A stretch of DNA of 64,000 bases from Patescibacteria group bacterium (GCA_035510735.1 DATKGN010000004.1:243810-307809); one strand, 5' to 3'. Shown: positions 1 through 9,942, numbered from the stretch's first letter. The notes: generated by a model from the sequence alone, not told the origin. Numbers and translations: made by a program.

Positions 1-23
1 TATATTTCAACAATAAAATTCTT

Positions 24-566
24 ATGATTCCGACAGAAGATCAGGCGAAGGCCTTGTGGGATAAATATGCATTGCCGGAAAAAAAACGGTTGCATGTAAC
101 GCTTGTTACCCGCGTGGCATTGTTTCTTGCCAGGAAATCAGTGGAGGCAGGCGTCGTTACTGATATTAATATTCCGTTACTTCGGGCCGCGGCGCTTCTC
201 CATGATATTGATAAAGCAATCCCAAGGTTGCTAGGGGAACAACACCCTGATACCGCGGTACGCGTATTACGTGAAGAGGAAATGAGTGAGGTAGCTGAAG
301 TTGTCCGTCGGCATCCGCTTCATGCGATTGTAGACCCTACTATTGCGCCCAGAACGCCTGAAGAAAAAATTCTGTATTTGGCCGATAAGATGGTAAAGTT
401 TGAGATTCTAACGGTTGATAAACGATTCCAGCTTTGGCGGGATGAACAATTACCCCGGGAGGCTGTGGAGATGCTTGACGCTTGTTACCCGAAAGTGAAA
501 GAACTTGAGAAGCAAATACTCGGTAGCATTGGAGTTTTACCCCAAGAGGTTACATCGCTTGCTTGA
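24..566 (+). CDS. HD-domain phosphohydrolase (YqeK-like)
   Basis: ORF 180 aa. His...HD...D pattern (HVTLVTRVA...LLHDIDK). N-terminal layout is typical of the YqeK/HD hydrolase family. Confidence 0.55.
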   Translation: MIPTEDQAKALWDKYALPEKKRLHVTLVTRVALFLARKSVEAGVVTDINIPLLRAAALLHDIDKAIPRLLGEQHPDTAVRVLREEEMSEVAEVVRRHPLHAIVDPTIAPRTPEEKILYLADKMVKFEILTVDKRFQLWRDEQLPREAVEMLDACYPKVKELEKQILGSIGVLPQEVTSLA

Positions 567-620
567 ATGACGCAGACTCTGTACAATGAAGGCGACTTTG
601 ATTCTTAAAAAGGAGGATCC

Positions 621-1226
621 ATGAAACGAATACTATTTGTGTTTTTTGCAATACTACTGATGCTAGGAACGGGTTCTTTAATGTCCGTGCGGGCGGCAAC
701 TAAGGTACAACCAACCGTTACGATGGAAAACAAAACCGTAACATCGACGAACGCTGCAATGTCGCAAACAGGAGATCAGGGACAACCGGTAGAATATGCA
801 CTGCCGTATCCCGGAATGTTGCCAGATAACCCATTATATTTTTTGAAGCAGGTTCGTGATTGGATTATGGAAAAAATTATCGCGGACCCGGTCCGCAAGA
901 TTGAGTTCTATGTCCTTCAAAGCGATAAAGATATAAACGCGAGCGTATTTTTGAATGCAAAAAAGGAGAGTGCGCTCGGTCTCACATCCATGATGCTTGC
1001 ATCGAAAAATATGCAGATGGCCGTTGCTATGACCACGACATACAATACACAGGGACAAGCGATCCCGGGATATGTCGTTGATCAGCTCGGAAAGTCTTTG
1101 AGTAAGCATGAAGAAGTGTTGACGGATTTAGTGACTAAAGTCAGTGCGGATGAAAAACCACGTTACAATGCCGCACTAGCTGATGTCAGAGAGATGGAAG
1201 CAGAAGTTGCGAAATTACTTCAATAA
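621..1226 (+). CDS. Secreted hypothetical protein (N-terminal signal peptide)
   Basis: ORF 201 aa. Hydrophobic N-terminus MKRILFVFFAILLMLGTG...A. RBS aaaggagga upstream. No recognisable catalytic motif. Confidence 0.4.
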   Translation: MKRILFVFFAILLMLGTGSLMSVRAATKVQPTVTMENKTVTSTNAAMSQTGDQGQPVEYALPYPGMLPDNPLYFLKQVRDWIMEKIIADPVRKIEFYVLQSDKDINASVFLNAKKESALGLTSMMLASKNMQMAVAMTTTYNTQGQAIPGYVVDQLGKSLSKHEEVLTDLVTKVSADEKPRYNAALADVREMEAEVAKLLQ

Positions 1227-1503
1227 ATTGTTCAGTTTAACAAATACGATTATTTCGTTTCTGTGATACGAAAATATCGTATTGAGTAATTTTTGTTTAA
1301 CTTCATTGAATCAGTGTCATTTCTGTCACCAGAAGGGTTGTGAACTAAAGTAATTACCGAACTTTTTCCTCAAGAGTTTTCAGTTGAGGCTACGATTTTT
1401 TCTTGCCCACCTTTGATATAGAAGTTGCTAGTTGACGCTGCTTATTTAGTGTCTTAGTATTTGTTTTGGCACCATAGGTAGCGTTTATAATTTCACGAGT
1501 GAA

Positions 1504-1950
1504 ATGAAGTGTCCATACTGTAATTACGATAATACTGACGTTTTAGAGACGCGGGATAGTGAAGACCTAGCGGTGACGCGCCGGCGCCGCAATTGTTCAA
1601 AATGCGAGAAACGGTTTACGACATATGAACGGGTTGAGACGGTGCCATTGACTGTTGTTAAGAAAGATGAACGGCGAGAAACCTTCGATAGGGAAAAATT
1701 AAAACGGGGAATTTGGCGGGCAAGCGGAAAAACCACGATAAAAACAGAAGACATCGACCGGATTGTCGATGAGGTTGAACGGGAATTAATCGGTGGCGAC
1801 ACAACAGAGGTTCCGAGTAAAAAGATTGGCGAACTGGTTGCAAAGAGATTAAAAAAATTGGATAAGATTGCGTATATAAGATTTGCGAGTGTATTCCGAC
1901 AATTTGTAGATATCGAAGATTTTGAGCGGGAAGTGAAAAAACTTTTATAA
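1504..1950 (+). CDS. nrdR: Transcriptional repressor NrdR (zinc ribbon + ATP-cone)
   Basis: MKCPYCN...C-x2-C zinc ribbon at the N-terminus followed by an ATP-cone-like region, about 148 aa. Sits immediately upstream of a ribonucleotide reductase gene. Confidence 0.88.
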   Translation: MKCPYCNYDNTDVLETRDSEDLAVTRRRRNCSKCEKRFTTYERVETVPLTVVKKDERRETFDREKLKRGIWRASGKTTIKTEDIDRIVDEVERELIGGDTTEVPSKKIGELVAKRLKKLDKIAYIRFASVFRQFVDIEDFEREVKKLL

Positions 1951-2017
1951 AAAAGTTTTTCATCCCAGAGTGTATTAAAGGATTACGTACTAAAACATTT
2001 TATATAAAGGAATATAT

Positions 2018-4483
2018 ATGGAATTGACCGGCCTCCGAAATACCGTATTTTTAGACCGCTACTCCTTAAAGGATGAAAAAGGCACCCCTATTGAAAAATC
2101 ACCTGAGGAAATGTGGCGACGGATTGCACATGCAATTGCCGGCGTTGAACCAAAAGCAAAACGGACGTACTGGGAAGATAAATTTTACGGAGCGATGCAG
2201 GATTTCGTTTTTGTCCCGGGTGGTAGGATTTTATCCGGGGCCGGTACCGGATATAAAGTAACATTCTATAACTGTTTCGTCCTCCCGTCACCCCATGATT
2301 CACGTCAGGGCATATTAAAAACACTGACCCAAATGATTGAGATTATGTCGCGGGGAGGCGGAGTAGGTATCAACCTCTCAAGTCTTCGTCCGCGCGGCGC
2401 ACGGGTCTCGAAGGTGAACGGATTTTCATCAGGTCCTTGTAATTGGGCGGAACTTTTTTCCGTCGCAACCAAAGATATCATCCAGCAGGGCGGGAGCAGG
2501 AGGGGTGCTCTCATGCTCATGCTTTGGGACTGGCACCCGGATATTGAGGAATTCATTACCGTCAAACAGGATTTAACCCGCATTAACGGCGCCAATCTTT
2601 CTGTGTGTGTGTCCGATGCGTTTATGGAAGCGGTGAAAAAAGATGCCGACTGGGATTTGATGTTCCCGGATAAAAATGATCCGGATTATGACACCAAATG
2701 GGATGGCTATATGCCCAATTGGCTGGCGCTTGGGAAAAAACCGATTGTCTTCAAAACGATTAAGGCCCGTGCTCTCTGGGATCTTGTGGCACAGGCTGCA
2801 TGGCGAAGTGCAGAGCCAGGTGTCGTTTTCATGGAGCGGTATAACAAATGGTTTAACAATAACTACTTTGAATACGTGAACTGTGTCAATCCCTGCGGCG
2901 AAGAAGGCCTACCGAGCTGGGGCGTTTGTAATCTTTGTTCCATCAATCTTGCCGCTCTTGTTAACGAAAACGGTGAGATGGATTATGCCCGGCTTGAGGA
3001 AGTTGCACGGATTGGTGTCCGGTTCCAGGATGACGTCATCGATGCGGATTTTTATGTATTTGATGAAATTCGGAAGGTCCAGCAAAAAGGTGAGCGCCGT
3101 ATCGGACTTGGGACCATGGGTCTAGGCGACGCACTTATTAAAATGAAACTCCGATACGGATCTCCCGAGAGTTTGCCGGTGATCGACAAAATTTATAAAA
3201 CGATACGGGATGCTGCATACGATGCCTCTGTTGATATCGCAGTGGAAAAGGGACCGTTTCCGAAAATTAATATTAAAAAACACCTCGAAGGATATTTTAT
3301 TAAACAACTGCCTGACGAGGTACGGAAAAAATTAAAGAAACACGGAATCAGAAACAGTATGCTGTTGCAGCAGGCGCCGACGGGATCAACGTCCCTTCTG
3401 TCCGGAGTTTCAAGTGGCATTGAGCCGGTGTATGAATTTGAATTTATACGGCGTGACCGGTTGGGAGAACACACGCTCCGGCATCCGCTCTACGAAGCAT
3501 GGTTTGAGGATTTTAGTAAGACGCATGGTAGGGAACCGACAAAAGAAGAGCGCCCATTACAGTTTGTTTCAGCTAATGATCTGACGCCGGAAGATCATGT
3601 CTATGTTCAGGCAACTATTCAAAAATATGTTGACGCATCAATAAGTAAAACCGTAAACGCGCCGAACACCCATACGGTTGAAGACGTGAAACGACTCTAT
3701 ACGCTTGCATACGAACAGGGATGCAAAGGTATTGCGTATATGCGTGAAGGGAGCCGCCAGGGTGTTTTGACACGGAAGGAAGAACCCAAAAAAGAAGAAG
3801 CACCCAAACCGGTCGTCGCCCCGATGCCCGAGGTGAAGCCGCGTCCTATGGTCGTCCATGGGTCCACGTATCAAGTTGAGACGCCGGTTGGTCAGGCATA
3901 CGTTACTATCAATACCAATGGCGGCAATCAGCCGCTTGAGATGTTTATAAACGTCGGTAAAGCCGGAAGTGACGTCACCGCTATGGCGGAAGCAGTTGGT
4001 CGGTTAACCTCGTTAATCTTCCGTATCTCATCACCGGTTCCCGCAATTGAACGGGCACGGAAAATTGCGGCGGAACTCGTCGGAATTGGCGGAGCACGAT
4101 CTATGGGATTTGGAGAGAACCGAGTAAGGAGTCTTCCGGATGCGGTTGCGAAAGTTATTGACCGCCACTTTGGATTTTTCGCAAAGCATCGGCTGGAAAA
4201 TGCAGTGCCTGCAGGAGCAACGGTTCGCGCAGACAGTAAGCCGGATGGAACAAATGGTCATACAACACAGCAGGTTGTTACCGGATTGAACGGAGACGGA
4301 CATATGCATATTGCGGCGCCGGCTGTTGAACCTGCTCAGGAGCCTTTGAGTGCGCCTGCACAGATGCTTTTGACTGAACGCCGGGTGGTTACTGTAGATT
4401 TATGTCCAGGCTGCGGTGAGGCGAGTTTGGTTTTTGAAGAGGGATGCAAGAAGTGTTACAGCTGCGGTTATTCGGAATGCTAA
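2018..4483 (+). CDS. nrdJ: Ribonucleoside-diphosphate reductase, class II (adenosylcobalamin-dependent), NrdJ
   Basis: 821 aa. Characteristic NPCGE...CNL active-site cysteine region (VNPCGEEGLPSWGVCNLCSINL). C-terminal CxxC...CxxC tail. Follows nrdR. Confidence 0.88.
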   Translation: MELTGLRNTVFLDRYSLKDEKGTPIEKSPEEMWRRIAHAIAGVEPKAKRTYWEDKFYGAMQDFVFVPGGRILSGAGTGYKVTFYNCFVLPSPHDSRQGILKTLTQMIEIMSRGGGVGINLSSLRPRGARVSKVNGFSSGPCNWAELFSVATKDIIQQGGSRRGALMLMLWDWHPDIEEFITVKQDLTRINGANLSVCVSDAFMEAVKKDADWDLMFPDKNDPDYDTKWDGYMPNWLALGKKPIVFKTIKARALWDLVAQAAWRSAEPGVVFMERYNKWFNNNYFEYVNCVNPCGEEGLPSWGVCNLCSINLAALVNENGEMDYARLEEVARIGVRFQDDVIDADFYVFDEIRKVQQKGERRIGLGTMGLGDALIKMKLRYGSPESLPVIDKIYKTIRDAAYDASVDIAVEKGPFPKINIKKHLEGYFIKQLPDEVRKKLKKHGIRNSMLLQQAPTGSTSLLSGVSSGIEPVYEFEFIRRDRLGEHTLRHPLYEAWFEDFSKTHGREPTKEERPLQFVSANDLTPEDHVYVQATIQKYVDASISKTVNAPNTHTVEDVKRLYTLAYEQGCKGIAYMREGSRQGVLTRKEEPKKEEAPKPVVAPMPEVKPRPMVVHGSTYQVETPVGQAYVTINTNGGNQPLEMFINVGKAGSDVTAMAEAVGRLTSLIFRISSPVPAIERARKIAAELVGIGGARSMGFGENRVRSLPDAVAKVIDRHFGFFAKHRLENAVPAGATVRADSKPDGTNGHTTQQVVTGLNGDGHMHIAAPAVEPAQEPLSAPAQMLLTERRVVTVDLCPGCGEASLVFEEGCKKCYSCGYSEC

Positions 4484-4516
4484 ACGGGACTTCAAGCTCT
4501 CAATAAACACCTATAT

Positions 4517-5581
4517 ATGAATGTGTGGGTCCACAGGATTTTCTTGGTGTTCTCCGTAGTTTTCCTCTCTTTCGTGATTCTTGAGGGATTATTAAGACTT
4601 TTTCATTACACGTATTATCCGTTACATATATTAATGTTAGGTATATCGGATAGCGATAAGTCCGGTGTAACGGATGCCGTGCACTCGAGTGACTGGCGTT
4701 ATTATCATACTTTTTTAGATAAATCGAATACGTATGATCCTTGGTTAATGTGGAAGCCAAATCCCCAATTTGAAATTCACGACGCTTCAGGTTCTGCCCG
4801 GAAATTCTTTAACGCAATGGGGTATACCGGCCCTGAAATTAGTCCCAATAACAGTAATCATCGTATTGTCATTATTGCGCTCGGAGATTCCAATACATTA
4901 GGTCCCGGACAATTTGATAATCAAACCGATGAAGAAGTGAGTTGGCCGGGATATTTGCGTTCATTAGTAGGTAACCGGGTGGAGGTTCTAAACGGGGGCG
5001 TATGGGGGTATTCCTCGTTTCAGATTTTCCGTCGATTTAAAAACGTTATTCCGCTTAAACCTGATTTGGTTATTATTAGCCCAAGTATGAATGATAATCA
5101 TCTTGTCTTAACCCCCGATTCATCATATAGTCTGTTTACTGTCGGGGATGACTATGCTTTGTTGCATGTGAAACTTGTTCAACTGCTACAAGCGGGCTAT
5201 GATGCAGTTGTTGCAATTATAAATAGGAATGCTTCTCCGCGCCTGCCGCGTGTTTCATATAATGAATATCAACAACTTTTGAACAATACAATTACGGTTG
5301 CTAAGAAAAATAAAATGCATGTACTTTTTATAACAAGACCTTATTGTTTTTTTACACTGCAGTCATATATTCATCAACTCGCGACCAGGTTAATGGAATA
5401 TAATGAATTTATGAGACAAAGAGCGCGTGAGGAGAATATTCCGGTTCTTGATTTTGAAAAGATATATGCAGGTAAATGTAATTTGTTCAGCGATCCGGCT
5501 CACTTTAACGAAGAGGGATATAAAAATGCTGCAAATCTGCTATATGCGGAGTTGCAGAAGTTACAATTGATTCATAACTAA
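4517..5581 (+). CDS. SGNH/GDSL-family hydrolase, N-terminal membrane anchor
   Basis: N-terminal TM helix, then the GDSL block IIALGDSNTLG, then a downstream GxND-like block (SMNDNH). Confidence 0.55.
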   Translation: MNVWVHRIFLVFSVVFLSFVILEGLLRLFHYTYYPLHILMLGISDSDKSGVTDAVHSSDWRYYHTFLDKSNTYDPWLMWKPNPQFEIHDASGSARKFFNAMGYTGPEISPNNSNHRIVIIALGDSNTLGPGQFDNQTDEEVSWPGYLRSLVGNRVEVLNGGVWGYSSFQIFRRFKNVIPLKPDLVIISPSMNDNHLVLTPDSSYSLFTVGDDYALLHVKLVQLLQAGYDAVVAIINRNASPRLPRVSYNEYQQLLNNTITVAKKNKMHVLFITRPYCFFTLQSYIHQLATRLMEYNEFMRQRAREENIPVLDFEKIYAGKCNLFSDPAHFNEEGYKNAANLLYAELQKLQLIHN

Positions 5582-5585
5582 CCTT

Positions 5586-6131
5586 ATGCCAATCTATACC
5601 CGTACCGGAGATGCAGGTACTACAGCGCTTTTTGGCGGCAAGCGGGTGTTAAAATCCGAAGCCCTTGTTGACGTCTACGGATCCGTTGACGAATTAAACA
5701 GTTGGGTTGGACTTATTACCTCACAGATGAAAGAGACTCATCTTATAAAACTTTTTTCGGAAATTCAGTCGGATTTATTTTCCGTTGGCGGGTGTCTTGC
5801 TGGATGGAAGACAGAATTGAATATGCTTGAGACGCGTGTTACACAAATGGAAGTTGAGATTGATGCAATGGAAAAAGAATTGCCGCCGCTTACAAATTTT
5901 ATTCTTCCCGGGGGATCACAGCTCGCAAGTCAGATCCACGTTGTCAGAAGTGTTTGCCGGCGCGTTGAGAGACAGGTTGTTGCACTTACCAAAACACAAA
6001 CGGTTGACCCGCGCATTATCAAATATTTAAATCGGTTATCCGACTTGTGTTTTATGCTCGCACGGTTTATAAATAAAAACGAACATGCTGAGGAAGTAGT
6101 GTGGTCTGGAATTCCAAGGCAGAAAAAATAA
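5586..6131 (+). CDS. pduO: PduO-type ATP:cob(I)alamin adenosyltransferase
   Basis: N-terminal IYTRTGDAGTTALFGG signature of PduO-type corrinoid adenosyltransferases (EC 2.5.1.17). About 180 aa. Confidence 0.8.
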   Translation: MPIYTRTGDAGTTALFGGKRVLKSEALVDVYGSVDELNSWVGLITSQMKETHLIKLFSEIQSDLFSVGGCLAGWKTELNMLETRVTQMEVEIDAMEKELPPLTNFILPGGSQLASQIHVVRSVCRRVERQVVALTKTQTVDPRIIKYLNRLSDLCFMLARFINKNEHAEEVVWSGIPRQKK

Positions 6132-6185
6132 AGTAAGGAATCGAGGAACGCTGTGTAAATCAGCGGCTGTGCCGCAACCGTGGGC

Positions 6186-6213
6186 CCCTCCTTCGCGTAA
6201 AGCTTCGGAGGGC
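6186..6213. repeat. Hairpin repeat family 2 copy (CCCTCC-TTCGCGTAAAGCTTC-GGAGGG)
   Basis: Perfect 6 bp stem with a conserved loop. Near-identical copies at 20560-20588, a variant at 30644-30700, and a reverse-orientation copy inside tsaD at 15184-15209. Confidence 0.6.
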
Positions 6214-6258
6214 AAGCCGGGAACTCCTCCTTACCTATTATCCCGAGCAGGAGTTTTT

Positions 6259-6690
6259 ATGGTTACTAAAAAGTTATTCGGCATCATACTCTTCATTTGC
6301 TGCGCATTTTTCCTTGCTTGGAGAATTACTTCATCGTTACCTCAAAGCCGTACGGTTTCTTCTGTAAGAACTACACAATCGATAAACAAAAATTCCGTTC
6401 GTGTGTCGTTGACACTCGATACAGGAGAAAAAATTGCAACCTACGACGGTATTATTGCATCCAATGCATTTGACGCGCTCATTGCCGTTACCCGGGCACA
6501 TGCAATTTCTTTAATCACGAAAAAATATGACTTCGGTGTGTTTATCCAACAAATTGGCACATTTCCAAACACAAAAGATAACGCGTGGGTTTATTATGTC
6601 AACGGAGTATCAGGTGATGTTGCCGCAGATAAAAAAACTGTTAAAAACGGCGATACCGTTCTTTGGAAGTATACAAAACCGCTGTATTAA
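6259..6690 (+). CDS. Membrane-anchored DUF4430 / transcobalamin-like C-terminal domain protein (putative corrinoid-binding)
   Basis: Start taken at ATG 6259, which has an RBS gagcaggag; the tracked ORF starts at 6169, and those upstream codons translate the hairpin repeat. TM helix then a C-terminal W.YYVNG...G......NGD.VLWKY block typical of PF14478. Confidence 0.5.
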   Translation: MVTKKLFGIILFICCAFFLAWRITSSLPQSRTVSSVRTTQSINKNSVRVSLTLDTGEKIATYDGIIASNAFDALIAVTRAHAISLITKKYDFGVFIQQIGTFPNTKDNAWVYYVNGVSGDVAADKKTVKNGDTVLWKYTKPLY

Positions 6691-6696
6691 GAAATT

Positions 6697-7206
6697 ATGG
6701 AAACGCTATTATTTATTATTCTCGGAGTGTTATCAAGAATATTGCCTCATGCTCCCAATATGACTGCGGTTGGAGGAGTTGCTTTGTTTTCAGGTGCAAA
6801 GTTCAATACGAAAAAAGCGGTCACTATTACATTACTTACCATGTTGATAAGCGATTTCATTATTGGGTTTCATTCGCTTATGTTTGCGACGTATGGAGGC
6901 ATGATTCTTGCGGTTTTTGTGGGCAAATGGATTAGTCAACGCGCAGGCGCTCGCCGAATTATTGCCGGAACGTTCTTATCATCGGCGATATTTTTTGTCA
7001 TCACCAATTTTGCCGTGTGGGCAGCGACTCCGTTGTATGCAAAAACAATGAACGGGTTTATAACGTGCTACATTATGGCGCTGCCGTTTTTTAGAAATTC
7101 CATTACAGGAGACATGTTGTATTCAATATCATTTTTTACAATCGATGCAATATTTAACTATTACAAATTCCCATTATTCCATTGGCCGAGAAAATTATTT
7201 TCATAA
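6697..7206 (+). CDS. Small polytopic membrane protein, possible ECF-type S-component-like vitamin transporter
   Basis: 169 aa with about 5 predicted TM helices and no soluble domain. Immediately follows the DUF4430 gene (7 bp gap). Function inferred from context only. Confidence 0.3.
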   Translation: METLLFIILGVLSRILPHAPNMTAVGGVALFSGAKFNTKKAVTITLLTMLISDFIIGFHSLMFATYGGMILAVFVGKWISQRAGARRIIAGTFLSSAIFFVITNFAVWAATPLYAKTMNGFITCYIMALPFFRNSITGDMLYSISFFTIDAIFNYYKFPLFHWPRKLFS

Positions 7207-7212
7207 ATTATT

Positions 7213-9486
7213 GTGCCGAAGATTCAGGAAATTAACACCAATACCGCGCAGAAGACAGACAATGCTGTTGGCACGATGGTAAACGGCGTATGGGCGGTAG
7301 TTGCTGATAGGTATGTACAGTCCCTAAATCGTGGGTTTAATCAACCATTTGGAATAAACTCGCCATTCGGAGATATTGATGATGATCAAAATATGACCGG
7401 CAAACAGCCCCAATGCATCGGGGCGTGCAGTGAATACAGTAAAAAAAGCGAGCTGGATGGATTATTAAACGTATCGGAAAAAACCGGAGGAAATGTTAAG
7501 GCTGTTGCCCTTGAGGCCGCTGAAAATGCACTCTCTTATGAGTTGGAGTTTCTCGAGAAGAGGACGTTGTCTAAAGCGAACTATGATAAAAAGGGGAAAC
7601 ACGGGATGGTAAATAAAGGCAGAGATCTGATTGATTTGGTTGAGACAACGGGGCGGCAGGATCGGTATGAGAAACTTGAAAACGATATAGATGGAAAAAG
7701 AATGGGATTTGTAATAAGTGAGGAAGATGTTGAGAAGGGGAGACACTATATTGATGTGTTTTATAATAGAAAAAATGAAGTAGAGGAATTGGCTATCCAA
7801 TTTGACGGGAGCATAGAGGATCTCCATAGGTTGAACGATAATCTTGCTCTATTAACCGGCGAAAACGCATCGATTGATGAGACTGATTTTTCAAAACCAT
7901 TATTTTCCGACAGAGAAATTTCTTTAGAAGAAATTGTTCATGCCATAGAAGAAAGCTATATAAATGAAGAAAACCGTCAGAACGCGGGCGAATATCTTAC
8001 CCGCCTGCGCCGCGATACTTCTGATTTATCGCACTTGGATGAGTATCAGGAGCGTGCGCTGAAATTAGCAAGTCAAATAGAACAGGAATTATTATCAAAA
8101 GGCAATCTCCGTGAAGGATTAGCCGCACTCGTGTGGAGTCTTGAAGCTGTTGCAAACGGGGAAGAATTCAACGTACCAGAACACTCGTACTATAAAAATA
8201 TTTCTGATACTCCTCAACAGGAGTCAATTGTGACAACTCGAACGGACGAATTAGCAGCAGAGTCGCACATTAATCACCTTATTCCAATACGACTGAATGT
8301 TACAGAGGACAATGAAAAAATTCAGGATTCTCTTGTTGTTTCTCTATTCAGACGTGTCATTGAAAGTGAGCAAAATCAAGATGACTTTCTTCGACTTAGC
8401 CGCGAACCAGCTTTTATCTTTGACAACAATGCTGATGTATCCCCGGTTTGGCGCAAATTTGCAAGCACCACACTTCATATTTCCGAACAATCTGCTCAGA
8501 AACTCGAAGATCATATCGCCGGAGTTTATAAGATTATGGGTGACCAAAAACGAATAATTGATTTTGTATCAACGACGGGGATTGCAACAGTAGGTGCACT
8601 TGCAAGCTTACACATAATAGGAAATTTAGGCGCTATACCAGTCGGGACTGCAGAGAATAAAGATCTAGATGGCGCAGAAATTAATCACGAAGAAATTTTT
8701 CCTAACCCTTTACGTATACAAAAAGAACCAGTGTTCGAATCGACAGTCACGGTGTTAGAAAAGAGCATGTATACGAAAAGTGAGAAAAATCTGATATTTT
8801 CATTATTTCTGAAGGATACCGATGGTAAAGAGGGTAAAGATATTTCTCATGAAGGAGAAGATACGGAGTTAATTTTGCTCGCAAAAATAATTGAGCTTAT
8901 GAATATGCGTGGACAGGATGTGACGACATTCAAAAAAATAATCGACTTTGTACGGATAATTGACGCGCTTCCGGTTGAAAAACAGGTAGTGGCAATTCAG
9001 AAAGAAGAGGAGCAAACTGTTACGGTTCTTCAACTCCTTTGGGAAACGGTTCAAGAGTTAATTAAGCCGGTTAATGAGTCCGAACGAACACGGGTACGAA
9101 ATGTAAAAAACGAAGGTAAATCCGAACCTAACGAAGCCGTTGAACAGGTTTCCTTTACCATTGGTATATGGATGATGCTAAAAATTCTTAATTATTACAA
9201 TGCGCTTGAATCGTTACGCTCCTTTGTTGCAAAACCTCACCAGAAGAAAAATCTGCGTGAAGCACTTGCGGAGGAACAACCTGAGGGATTGATCCAAAAA
9301 GAACCGGCCCCGTGGCTTCTCGCCGCGATTATTTTATATTTGGCGAGAATTCGGGAACAGGGCATGAGAACAAAGACAGTTCAGCAAAAAATGAAAAAGA
9401 AAAAGAATTCCGGAAGGCCTATTATGATCGCGAAAAGACCCTTGTCGGGATACTGGGGAGGCCTCATATTTGCCTTCTGTTCGTGA
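7213..9486 (+). CDS. Large acidic hypothetical protein (757 aa), coiled-coil-rich, C-terminal hydrophobic segment
   Basis: GTG start. Strongly E/D-rich, with no catalytic motif recognised. A lysine-rich stretch precedes a C-terminal hydrophobic segment. Confidence 0.45.
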   Translation: MPKIQEINTNTAQKTDNAVGTMVNGVWAVVADRYVQSLNRGFNQPFGINSPFGDIDDDQNMTGKQPQCIGACSEYSKKSELDGLLNVSEKTGGNVKAVALEAAENALSYELEFLEKRTLSKANYDKKGKHGMVNKGRDLIDLVETTGRQDRYEKLENDIDGKRMGFVISEEDVEKGRHYIDVFYNRKNEVEELAIQFDGSIEDLHRLNDNLALLTGENASIDETDFSKPLFSDREISLEEIVHAIEESYINEENRQNAGEYLTRLRRDTSDLSHLDEYQERALKLASQIEQELLSKGNLREGLAALVWSLEAVANGEEFNVPEHSYYKNISDTPQQESIVTTRTDELAAESHINHLIPIRLNVTEDNEKIQDSLVVSLFRRVIESEQNQDDFLRLSREPAFIFDNNADVSPVWRKFASTTLHISEQSAQKLEDHIAGVYKIMGDQKRIIDFVSTTGIATVGALASLHIIGNLGAIPVGTAENKDLDGAEINHEEIFPNPLRIQKEPVFESTVTVLEKSMYTKSEKNLIFSLFLKDTDGKEGKDISHEGEDTELILLAKIIELMNMRGQDVTTFKKIIDFVRIIDALPVEKQVVAIQKEEEQTVTVLQLLWETVQELIKPVNESERTRVRNVKNEGKSEPNEAVEQVSFTIGIWMMLKILNYYNALESLRSFVAKPHQKKNLREALAEEQPEGLIQKEPAPWLLAAIILYLARIREQGMRTKTVQQKMKKKKNSGRPIMIAKRPLSGYWGGLIFAFCS

Positions 9487-9498
9487 TATGATAAACGT

Positions 9499-9936
9499 AT
9501 GAATGACCTGCCTCAGGATGCCCAACAGCCGAAAGCAGCGAGTGCTCCGCCCAGTGCAGTTACGGTTACGCCATCCGGTGCACGGGAAATTGAACCCGGC
9601 GGCACGGCCCCTCGGGAAGGTCTAAAGGATGCGACGGGCAATGAAATGCAAATCCCCAAGGAAGTTGCCTCAGCCGGTGTAAGAGTGCATCCTACGACAA
9701 TCGCAATACCCCAGTCAGTTGCGCAGATGGGTGTGAAGCCGACAGGGAATAATATTCCGGTTCAAACGACAACGAGTGTTGTTTTACCTCTATCCGACGA
9801 TCAAATTGCAACAGGGCTTCACCAAAGTATGACCAATTCGGTGCGGTGGCTTGCAGAATGGTGCGTGAGAAGATTGAAGCAGCTTCATGTTGCTGTAACA
9901 TCAACGCACGGAAAATTGATAAAAGTTAAGGAATAA
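9499..9936 (+). CDS. Hypothetical protein
   Basis: 145 aa ORF between the acidic protein and the TraG-like ATPase. No motifs recognised. Confidence 0.3.
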   Translation: MNDLPQDAQQPKAASAPPSAVTVTPSGAREIEPGGTAPREGLKDATGNEMQIPKEVASAGVRVHPTTIAIPQSVAQMGVKPTGNNIPVQTTTSVVLPLSDDQIATGLHQSMTNSVRWLAEWCVRRLKQLHVAVTSTHGKLIKVKE

Positions 9937-9942
9937 TTATCT

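Noticed and set aside
6169-6258. N-terminal 30 codons of the tracked ORF 6169..6690 (MPQPWAPPSRKASEGKPGTPPYLL...)
   Set aside because: These codons translate the family-2 hairpin repeat and lack an RBS. The ATG at 6259 has a good RBS and begins with a TM helix, so the extension is likely spurious.
6132-6258. Possible cobalamin riboswitch upstream of the DUF4430/permease genes
   Set aside because: I looked for a B12 box (e.g. AGYCMGGAGACCKGCC-like) and the conserved GCCACTG element and found neither. The spacer is only about 125 nt and is occupied by the hairpin repeat.
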